Source: the human T2T-CHM13v2.0 reference genome, Homo sapiens
NCBI RefSeq assembly: GCF_009914755.1
Contig: NC_060936.1
Length of the DNA: 64,000 nucleotides
Strand: one strand, 5' to 3'
The position numbers and the translations under genes were made by a program. Shown piece by piece: positions 54,150-64,000 of the stretch (positions are counted from its first letter, which is position 1; every line of letters begins with the position of its first letter). The notes below the pieces were generated by a model. That model did no database searches, was not told the origin of the DNA, and was given only the letters and a program-made list of their open reading frames with translations.

Positions 54150-54595
54150 CTATTTATTCCAACAATATTTCTTGAACATTTGCTATATGCCAGACACTCT
54201 TCTAGGCACAGCTGTGAATGAGACAGGCTTTCTCAATGTCATCTTTCTGAACCACAGATCTGATCATGTCACGCTCCTTGTCTCCCTTCAGTGACTCCTC
54301 ATTGCCCACAAGATCAGTTCCAAAGAACTCAACATGGTAGCCAAGGCCATTCATTGTTGGGTCTCTTCAATTTAATCTCTTACTTTTACTTGTTTCCCAT
54401 TCCCATCCCTTCTGATCCATGCTGTAGTTGCACCAAAATTCTGTTTCCCCAGCCCCCAGGCATTTAAGCCTGCTGTCCTTCTTCCTTGGAGTGGTCTTAT
54501 TGACAATACCATTATTGTCCTCTTGCCCACTCATTGCCTCCTTAACTTACTCATGTCACTTCTCCAGGAATCCTTCTTGATTCCCACCTTCTCCA
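54150..54595. mobile_element. L2 fragments (both orientations)
   Basis: tatttattccaacaatatttcttgaac (antisense tail); agatctgatcatgtcac...ttcagtgactcctcattgcc (sense). Confidence 0.6.
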
Positions 54596-55014
54596 ACAGT
54601 GTAAAGCATCTATAAATGATATTGTTGTTTTGTCAAATTCACGTATCTTTTCCTCTTCTCTAGTAATAGAAAACCCCTGCTCCTTTGGAGAATGCATTCG
54701 ATGGAATTCAAGTGGGGCTCTTCTAGGCTTTCTAGGCCATGCACAGGTGACTTGAGCCTCGACTGTCCCTGAGCTGACTATCACCAAGACCTCACTGTTC
54801 TCTAAGTGCCACAAGAGAAGGACATAGAATGCCTGTATGCTTCACTGATCTTACCACAGCACCTGAAACAGGTGGATAATCCACCAGGTGGAATATCTAC
54901 AAATATATTTTGAATAAATAATCTAAATAGTGCTTTAAAATGTGATAAGGCTAAAAGCAGCTGAGGTTTCTCCCACTAAAAATCCTTATTTCAGTTCTCA
55001 GAGGACCAAATTTC

Positions 55015-55172
55015 AAGTTAGAGTGACCTGGGTTCAAATCCTAGCTTTGCCACCTAAGAACTTAGTGGTCTTGGGCAAGTGGCTTAACCTCTCCAAGGTT
55101 CAGATGAGATGACATATGCAAGATGCTTACAGCAGGTGCTGGCACACAGTAAGAATCAGTAAATGTTGGCAG
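55015..55172 (+). mobile_element. MIR (internally deleted)
   Basis: gacctgggttcaaatcctagct...cttgggcaagt.gcttaacctct...tgctggcacacagtaag. Confidence 0.8.
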
Positions 55173-55574
55173 TCTGAGGTCTTATTTAAATTAAGGAAAT
55201 AATACCCTGGATAGCAGATAACCGCATGGAGTGGTGGGAAGTTCACTGCCCCAGGAGAATGGAGACTTTGATGGGTTACCCAGCTCTGTGGTTTACCAGC
55301 AACATGCCTTTGAGCAAGTTATCCCCTTTCCTGAACCTCCAATTCCTTATATATAGAATGCAGATAATGACATCTGCTGAGCCTGACTTGTGGGGTTGTT
55401 ATGAGGCTACAAATGAGATTGTGCTCCTGAGGATTTAAAAAGCACAAAATACTGAATATGTGAACTTTTTTTTTACTGTAATTACTATGATCCTTCTAGC
55501 AGTCTCAATCTAAATTCTTATATTTTGTTCTTCCCAGCTACAGACATGAGCATTTGGTTTCTGGATCATTGATC

Positions 55575-56207
55575 TATGAGTCAGGATAGGTTTGCTGCTG
55601 TAACAAACATCCACAGTATCTAATAACCTAACACAATGGAAGCTCGTGTCATGGTGTACTCTGGTGGGGGTGGGGGCAGGGGGACCCTGCTCCCTATAGA
55701 CTTTCAGTGACCCAGGCCCCCTATCTTGGCATTCTCAGCATCTGCAACACTTGGCTTCCAGGGTTTCCGTGAAACGTGGAGAGAGTAACTAGTAAAGGGC
55801 TCAGCAAATTACAACCTGTGGGCCAAATCCAGTTCACCATCTCTTTATTGGTGTAAATAAAGTTGTATTGGAATATAGCCATGCTCATCCATTTACATAT
55901 TGTCTATGGCTTCATTTGTGCTACTGTGGCAGAGTTGAGTAGTTGGGACAGAGACTTCATGGCCCAAAAAGCCAAAAATACTTACTATTATTACAGAAAA
56001 CGTTTGCTGGCTCTTGAACTGGAAGACCATGCCAGGGTTTTATGGCCCAGTCTGGAAAGGAGCATACATCACTTTTGTTCACATCTTGTTGGCCAGAACT
56101 CAAGGACATGGTCTCAGCTGCAGAGAAGGCTGGGAAATGTAGTCTTCTTGTGTGGCAAGAGGAAAATGAGGCAGAGTTTGGCGGTCTCGTGGTATTGTCT
56201 CTGCCAT
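55575..56207 (-). mobile_element. MaLR LTR (MLT1J-like) split by MER58A
   Basis: agtcaggatagg.ttgctgctgtaacaaac...catcacttttgttcacat...ttggccagaact...ggctgggaaatgtagtc. Confidence 0.72.
55794..56016. mobile_element. MER58A
   Basis: cagcaaattac..cctgtgggccaaatcc...gtaaataaagtt.tattggaa...gcagagttgagtagttg..acagagac. Confidence 0.88.
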
Positions 56208-56222
56208 GATGTTATTATATTA

Positions 56223-56558
<336 letters not shown>

Positions 56559-56699
56559 TTACAAGGCATTTTAGGGGGCCCTGAGGCTGAAAAGATGAAT
56601 CAGACAGGAATACATTACCAAGGAGATCACCTCAACTTAAGGAGGTAGACAGATAATGAGGCAAGGACGATAACAGTGACAATAACAGTCAAATATCAT

Positions 56700-56900
56700 C
56701 AAGGCTTTATCACACGGTGGATGCTTGCTAAGCTTAATGTGCATCATCTCATTTAATTGGCACAAAAACTCTAACTTCAGATCTATTATCCTCATTTTCA
56801 AATGAAGAAACTGAGTCACACAGTTGGTGATTGAGTAAAAAGAAAATAAAGGCCAGATTCAAACCCAGATCTGTCTGACTCCAATGCCTGAACCCATGAG
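56700..56900 (-). mobile_element. MIR
   Basis: tctcatttaat...ctattatcctcattttcaaatgaagaaactgag...attcaaacccagatctgtctgactcca. Confidence 0.8.
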
Positions 56901-56987
56901 TGCTTTGCTAAATAGCTGCTCTACTTACAATTCTCAATGGTACTGCTAGGAAGGACATGCATAAGATACTGTGGGAAGGGCTTCTGT

Positions 56988-57400
56988 GACTGTCAGGGTC
57001 CCAGCAAGAAGCAGGTGGCAACTTGAAGAGAGTTTATCAGAAGAAGGTTTAATGAGCAGACTCTTTGCAGAGATGTGCCAGGGTTAAGGGAACAAAGAAG
57101 GTTTGGTGATGCATCCATGGACTAGCTGTAGTTCAGAGCTGTTGCCACCCGTGGGCTTAAAACGGTGTGGGTTGGAATGGTGTCACCAGAGCCTGGTAAA
57201 TGCTGGATCTCTAGAAGTGGGGCCCCTTGACAGGCAGTCATTGCACAGTAAGGCAGGGAGTGGAAAGTTGATTGAATAAACGCCTCGGCCTTCTCTCCCT
57301 CACCCTCCAGTCACCTGCTGGTGCCTCCTATTGGCCAAAGCCAACAGGAAGTGGGCACTGAGCAGTGCGGAGGACAACAAAAGGAATAATCAACACAGTC
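56988..57400 (-). mobile_element. Ancient LTR (LTR78/LTR79-like)
   Basis: gtcagggtcccagcaagaagcaggtggca...gggttaagggaac...ggactagc...ctgctggtgcctcctattggccaaa.ccaac. Confidence 0.6.
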
Positions 57401-58215
57401 CCTAAACTAATCTTTACGATGGCTTTCAAAGAAGTCCCAGAGAAATTGTATATGCCTTTGGAAATTGACGTATGAGCACAAATATCACAGTCATGGACCC
57501 ATTACAACATCCTCACCAATGTCACTAACCTACAGGAAATTTTCCTTTGTATTACAAATGAGGTATGTATTGAATGGAAGGGCAGGGCAGCCAACTGCTT
57601 GCAATATCTTACCCATGTGACAGCTTTCCTCTTTTTGTTTTGTTTTGTTTTTTAAGAGTAAACTGGAAAGCTAGGAACAGAAGTGGAGTTGGGGACCAGC
57701 CTGTTTCCCACTTTGTGATATGCTGTTTATCCTGAGAAATTGACAAACATCCAACTTCAGCCTCAGATTGAGAAACTTTTAGAGTGGCCATTCCTCCCGA
57801 ATTTTCAACTCACGTCCACCTAATTGCTGCTCACCTTCCCAGGGTCTGTCCAGTCAGGAACAGTTTCAGAATGTGGCTTTTTCATCCCAGCTGCTTCCAC
57901 AATTCTAGGGCCCTTTTTCCTCTTCAGAAGATTGACAACTGGACATCTATTGCCCATTTGAAAAGAACCTACCTACAATGGCCTTTGACCAAGCAGGCCT
58001 GCATTCAGAACTAAATAGTCAACGAAAGGGCACATTTTCCAACCTCAACCCAGCTAGCTAAGAGTTTCCCATGATACCTTGAAGAGCATCACTTTGCCAC
58101 ATCCTCTACCCTTCTCTGTATCTATGGGCTAGCCTGGGTTGAAACTGCTAAAATAAAAGACAAAGGAATGCTTCCTCATTATTTCCACTTTGTGTGGTTT
58201 GAAATGCTTACCTTT

Positions 58216-58528
58216 GGCCAGGCGTGGTGGCCCATACCTGTAATCCCAGCACTTTGGGAGGCCAAGGCAGATGGATCACAAGGTCAGGAGATTGAGAACA
58301 TCCTGGCCAACATGGTGAAACCCCATCTCTACTAAAAATACAAAAAAAAAAAAAAAATAGCCAGGCATGGTGGCGGATGCCTGTAGTCCCCGCTACTCAG
58401 GAGGCTGAGACAGGAGAATCACTTAAGCCCGGGAGGCAGAGGTTGCAGTGAGCAGAGGTTGCAGTGAGCCAAGATCCCACCATTGCACTCCAGCCTGGGT
58501 GACAGAGCAAGACTCCGCCTCAAAAAAA
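58216..58528 (+). mobile_element. AluSc with 16-bp internal tandem duplication
   Basis: TSD AAATGCTTA(C/T)CTTT (58202-15, 58529-42); GCAGAGGTTGCAGTGA x2 at 58436-58467. Confidence 0.95.
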
Positions 58529-58949
58529 AAATGCTTATCTTTGCCATATTCTTCTCATGGAATTCGATTTAATGAAGTGTTTTAATTACCTAGAAGCTCT
58601 GAAACATTGGTGGAGTTCCCTAGAGTGAGCATGATTATTCCTGAATTGGATGACTGAAAGTAAGGTTAATTTTAGGAGAAAAAAAAACTGCCTGACTTCC
58701 TTTCTGTCAAACCCAATCAGTTTCTTTCACCAGCCAAAATGCAGCATTGAATGTATCTGAACACCATTCCTTGGTGCCCACCTGTGATCTGAAGTTCTGC
58801 TGATCAGGCAGAACTGCCTGGTGGGTAAGAGCATGAACTTTAGAATCAGAAAAACCAGCTATGTGACCCTGAAGAAGCTACCTGGATTCTTAGAGTTCGT
58901 TTTCTAACAGGTAAAATGGGGTCCATGGTTGCCCTAGTTGGTATCCTGA

Positions 58950-59400
58950 TTGTTCTCATTGGTGTTCTCCTGAAAGCAGAGCCTTAGTCATGAACCTGTG
59001 TACAGGTAATTTACTTGGAAGGTGATATCAAGAAGGAAGAGTGAGCAAGTGACAAGGAAAAATGCCATTTTATGACTGTATTTTCAAGATCATTGCCCTA
59101 GGCAACAGGGTCTTGATTTTGCAGGGACCTCCAGAGGAGTGCACGAAATGCCTCCCAGGTCTATGCCCATGGAGAATGGGAGGTTAGAGTATTTATTCAG
59201 CTAGTCCCTGCACTCCTAGACAGAGCTTGGCTGCCACCTAGCAGGCTCAGTGTTAGAAATGACCCAGGACAAATGCAGAAACAGAGAGCAAGTCCCTGAG
59301 ACTGCCAGCTTAAGGTGAGTCTAAGTTCACGGGGGAACTATCCACTGCTGCTGAGGCTGAAACCAGAGTTGACTGGTAATGTGTACCATGGCATCTGTGA
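58950..59400 (-). mobile_element. ERVL LTR (LTR33-like)
   Basis: aaagcagagcct...caggtaatttacttggaaggtgat...ggcaacagggtcttgat...gggacct...atttattc. Confidence 0.6.
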
Positions 59401-59529
59401 CATGTGCCTAGAATTCTAAAACAAAAATGAGATGAGCACAGCTCCTGGCAGATTGTAAGCACCCAGTAAATAACAGCTGCAAGTGGTAGTACTAAGTAAC
59501 TTGGCAATTCCACAAGTATTACTACATGG

Positions 59530-59715
59530 TCAGCCAATCTAACAAATGGGTTTCTTCCTTTCATGTGCCAACTCTGATCCATTGGGATTGGCTGCTCTAT
59601 TGTGGGAAGGATTCTGAGACACTATCTGAACTCAGTGGGAAGAAGTACGGTGATGGACTATTGATGTCTGCCATGAGAGTGGGGTGGAGAGCAGTGGTAC
59701 ATAGGCTGCAAATCT
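59530..59715 (+). mobile_element. MER117-like
   Basis: gtgccaactctgatccattgg...gaaggattctgag...ctcagtgggaaga...gatgtctgccatg; homologous to 17190-17382. Confidence 0.72.
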
Positions 59716-59746
59716 TATATGGCCAGTTTTTAGAATATGCTATTTC

Positions 59747-60073
<327 letters not shown>

Positions 60074-60359
60074 TCATACCTAGAGGGTAAGCATCTTCAT
60101 CTGTAAAATGAGGATGATAACATGCTTGACCTTCCTGTTTCGCAGGCAGACTTTGAAATCCTAAGTTTGAAAGTGTTTGGAAGGATACAGGCTGCATATT
60201 AATGTGAGAGCTTTTTAGTCAGCTCTCTCCTTCCCACTTCATGGTGTTCTTCTGAAAACACCTTGGGGGTAAAGTGGCTCCCTAAGCAGACAAACCTGGT
60301 TCTCTTCATCTACTTGAAGGTACTGAAGGATACTGATTCATGGCTCACAGACTCTTACA

Positions 60360-60910
60360 TGTGGCAATGGACCTTGTCAGTAAGTTGTTTTTCTCTGCCC
60401 ATCACCCTTTAACTTTTCTCATAGTAAAATAGTCCCTGAATTCCTTTGTGGACCCTCCATATAATCAGTCCATATGGTTTGGAAAGGCTTAATGACCCTA
60501 CTCTTGCTCCAGAAACAATACTTTTATTGGTCTTTCTAAGCCAAGTCAGCAAACTATAGCCTATGGGTCAGTCATCTGTTTTTACAAATATAGTTTTATT
60601 CAAAGATAGCAATGCCAATTCATTTAATTATTTTCTATGACTTTTTTCATACACTAACAGCAGAGTTTTGTCATTGCAATAGAGATCACATGGTTCACAG
60701 CCTAAAATATTATCTGGCCCTTTAAGAAAAATATGCCAATCCCTGGTCTAAGTTAGTCATACTGCCCATTTCCTGGATACCATGATTGGTTCATAGATAA
60801 AATTTAACCCAAATCAGGCCAATGAAGCTCAAAGTTCTCTTTCCTTTGAACATGAGGCTGAGAGGATGTGAGGTCTGGAGCCCTTACTGCCATTTTGCAG
60901 TTATGAGGAA
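60360..60910 (+). mobile_element. MaLR LTR (MLT1K/L-like) split by MER58A
   Basis: tcagtccatatggtttgg; atgattggttca...aacccaaatcaggccaatga...ctgccattttg. Confidence 0.6.
60541..60745. mobile_element. MER58A
   Basis: gtcagcaaactatagcc...tatctggccctttaagaaaa..tgccaatccctg; flanks tctaag on both sides. Confidence 0.82.
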
Positions 60911-60999
60911 GGATTCATCTCTCTTCCTTCAGGGATCAAGTAGAGGAGGCAAGACCTACACAATTGACATACACAATGGAAACCATAGAGTAACTAAAA

Positions 61000-61300
61000 T
61001 ATAAGGCTTTGGAAAGATACTGCATAGATAAACAATGTTTAGAGGAAGCTTCAGGGAGGTAGTATGATTGAGGCTGGACCTAAGAACTAGCAGAATTTGA
61101 ACATAAGGAAAAAAAGAAAAGGATGTATCAGGTTGGCAGGGAGGCATAGCATGAACAAAGACATGGGTGGGAGTGAGTAGAGAAGATTGGTGGTGTTATA
61201 AGGAGTGCCTTACTGGGGAGAAAACTATTCAAATCAGGGGCATTTGAAGCCACATTCAACCACTATGGAGACCCTTCTTTCAAGCTTCAGGCTAAAAAGA
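61000..61300 (-). mobile_element. L2 fragment
   Basis: ggaagcttcagggagg...ttgaggctggacct, caggttggcagggaggcatagcatgaacaaagacatgg. Confidence 0.55.
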
Positions 61301-62081
61301 TATTCCCAGAAGCTTGAATGATAGAAATTGAAGAGATCCATAGACATAAAATACTAGCAATAGCAATGACAATTGTGACACAGCAGCTCATCATCCCGGG
61401 TGCTCATGGGTTTTCTTCTGAGGGTGGACTGCAGTCCCCAGCTGGAGGAGTCACTGGACGTGCACTAAGCACCAGGCTTTGTGCTAACTGGATTCCTCAA
61501 CAGTTCTCTGAGGCACTCCCTGTTCTTATACCCATTTCACAGAGGCAGAAACCAAGGCTTCGACAAGTTCAATGATGAGCCCACAGTCACGCAGCTGGCA
61601 CATGGCAGGTTTCTGGACCAAGCTCACTACCACCACTTCTCAGCAACGTCACTGCCTTTCCCTCCTAGCCCCCTTGTTGCTGGTATGTGAAGGAAGTCAT
61701 GGAAATACCTACATTTCTAGAATGTGCTCCCTCCTCTGCACCCTTCTGTGCCTCTGTGGCTTATGTTATCATGGGGGGCTAGTGATGACATTCTATTTAC
61801 CTGGCTACAGCTCAGTCCTTGTGTGGAAATTTCCATGCTGGAGGCATTTCTCTGATAAGGTGAGAGAGGATTAAGGGGACACTGCAGCATTCCCAGGGGG
61901 ACAGACGGCACCCAAATGCCCGTTCAGGCCTCCGATGCCCATTCCTGAACCATCATTCCCAGAATAGAATCCAGACTCATCACTATGGCCCAAGGTCATT
62001 CAACCTTGGAATCCAGACTCATGAGAACCGTCTCTTATTCCCTCCTCTACCCTCTAGGATTCCTTCCTCCTTTCCTATTCC

Positions 62082-62535
62082 TTTTTTTTTTTTTTTTTTT
62101 TAAATATTAGACACAGGGTCTCACTCTGTCACCTGGCTGGAATGCAGTGGGGCAATCATAGCTTACTGCAGCTTCCAACTCCTGAGCTTAAGCTATCCTC
62201 CTACTTTATCCTCCTGTGTAACCGCAACTACAGGCATGTGCCACCGTGCACGGCTAATTTTATTAGCCTGTGTAAAAGCTGCAGAATTGCAGGTGCTTCC
62301 TGCTGACCATGACATTTCTTATTAGCCGTGCATGGTGACACATGCCTACAGCGGCACTTTTCATGTTTAATTCCTCACTTATCAAGCTCCATCTGCTGGA
62401 GCTATGAACCCAGCCAATGAGAGGTCATGCTATGTTGCCCAGGCTGGTCTCAAACTCCTGGGCTCAACCAATTCTCCCACCTCGGCCTCCCAAAGTGCTG
62501 GAATTACAGGAGTGAGTCATCATCATGCCCAGACC
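62082..62535 (-). mobile_element. AluJ with complex templated insertion replacing the middle linker
   Basis: Right arm 62082-62260, left arm ~62423-62535; intervening ~160 bp are inverted copies of local DNA. Confidence 0.92.
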
Positions 62536-62806
62536 CCCATTCCCATTCTTGAGCCCTTGAAGAAGGCTCAGTCAGGGGCTCCCCAGGAAGCAGCATTCTC
62601 TTTTCTCAGGAGCCCAACCCAAGATGGCCACTACCTGCCTGGAGATTACTCAGATGAGACTCATGCCTTAACCTTTGCTCTGAGGTCTTGGTCAGCAGGA
62701 AGTACCTGCAATTCTGCAGCTTTTATACAGGCTTATTATCTCTTGTTGGCAGGATTCACCGCTCCAGCAGATGGAGCTTGATAAGTGAGGAATTAGATAT
62801 GGAAAG
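62265..62806. repeat. Inverted repeat set: 62265-62313 vs 62685-62733; 62357-62422 vs 62739-62806; 62321-62354 vs 62222-62258
   Basis: Reverse-complement comparison; 46/49 match for the first pair, 35-nt perfect core (62368-62402 vs 62761-62795) in the second. Confidence 0.95.
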
Positions 62807-62899
62807 CCCCACTTGGCTGGGGGAACAGAAGGAGGAGCCGACTGCCTTTGCTCCCACCTGTCCGCTGTGCCTCTGTTTCTCAACGCTATATCTTCATTT

Positions 62900-63445
62900 T
62901 TCCACATCAGATATGATTGTGAAAATTCAAATATAAAGAAAATAAAAATGTCCACATAATCCCTTCTCCCATCCATATCCACAGTTACCAGTTTGATGTA
63001 TTCGTCCAGCCTTTTAAAGACATTTTTAGATAAACTAGATTATACTACACATATTATTTTGTTAACTAAATTTTTCACTTGCATATAAAACAGGCATGTC
63101 TCCATAGCAATATAAAAATATTGACATCATTTTTTGAACAGTCACCCATTTATTCTATTGTTTGGATATACCATAATTTATTTACCCCATTTCCAGTAAC
63201 AGACATTAAGGTTGCCTTCAGTTTTTCAGTATTATAAACAACACAGCAGTGGACATCTTTGCCCATACATCTTTGCACCCCTATCCTCAGTTTTATTTCT
63301 TTGTTTTTGTTTTGGAGTCCATTCCTGGAAGCCATGACTGCAAGGTCAAATGGGGCTCACATGTTTAATTAAGGCTTTCCTCTAAATCTAATTCTCAATT
63401 TTTTTGTCCCACCAGCAGTATGTAAAAATGCCAGTTATTCCACAT
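62900..63445 (-). mobile_element. L1ME-like fragment
   Basis: tattctattgtttggatataccataatttatttacc, gacattaaggttg.cttcagttttt..gtattataaac, cccaccagcagtatgt. Confidence 0.75.
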
Positions 63446-63479
63446 CATTGGCCTTTATATAAGGATGCAGCACTGAGGG

Positions 63480-64000
63480 TTTTATTTTTACCTTTTTAGT
63501 CTTAAATAAAAAGTTGTACAAAAAACAGTACAGAAAGTTCCAGTATACTCTTCATCCACCTTCCCCTCGTGTTGACATCTTATATAACCACAGCATGATT
63601 ATGAAAACCAGGAAATTAACAGCGGTACAGGACTATCAATTAATCTACACAGTGTATTTGGATTTTACCCATTTTTTACTAATTTTTTTCTCTATTCCGG
63701 GATCCAATTCAGAATCCCATCTGACATTTAGTTAACGTGTTTCCTTAATCCCTTCCAATACGTAACAATTGCACTTTCTTTCTTTGCCTTTTTATGGCAC
63801 TTTAAAAGAGGACTGCCCAGTTATGTGGCAGAATGGTCCTCAATTTGGATTTGTTGACTTTTCTTATGATTGGATTGGGGTCATGCATCGTGGACAAGAA
63901 CATGACAGAAACGACATTGTGTCCTTCTCAGTGCATTGTGTCCAGAAGCTCAAGATGTTACAATGTCTAATTACTGGTGATGCTAACTTTGGTTACTTAG
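63480..64000 (-). mobile_element. L1MC-like 3' end, runs off the window
   Basis: cagtacagaaagttcc, ggatccaattcagaatccca...catttagtt, tgtgtccttctcagtgcat, ttactggtgatgctaactttg. Confidence 0.8.

Overview
Primate (very likely human) non-coding genomic DNA; the locus cannot be identified from sequence alone. No intact protein-coding gene is supported: the ORF track is essentially all repeat-derived or chance, and the only real protein homology is a decayed ERVL pol (integrase/RNase H) at ~10.9-11.7 kb. The window is a dense mosaic of interspersed repeats: 15 Alus plus one Alu monomer (most with readable TSDs), a full-length 7SL (SRP RNA) retrocopy, L1PA/L1MA/L1MC/L1ME fragments, many L2 and MIR relics, MaLR and ERVL LTRs, an LTR40-headed ERVL provirus remnant, and DNA-transposon fossils (Tigger3, Tigger4a, Charlie4a, MER3/33/58/102/117). 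Repeat family names come from recognition of consensus sequences, not a database search, and boundaries of old elements are approximate. I found no convincing new biological system. The best second-look items are: (1) an AluJ at 62.1-62.5 kb whose middle is replaced by three permuted, inverted copies of nearby DNA, a multi-template-switch repair scar; (2) an unexplained ~110-bp, ~95%-identical direct repeat at 4988 and 8910; (3) a triple-nested Charlie4a>Tigger3>twin-primed L1 with a duplicated perfect hairpin at the junction; (4) a ~7-kb block free of recognisable transposons (40.3-47.4 kb), a candidate constrained regulatory or lncRNA region.
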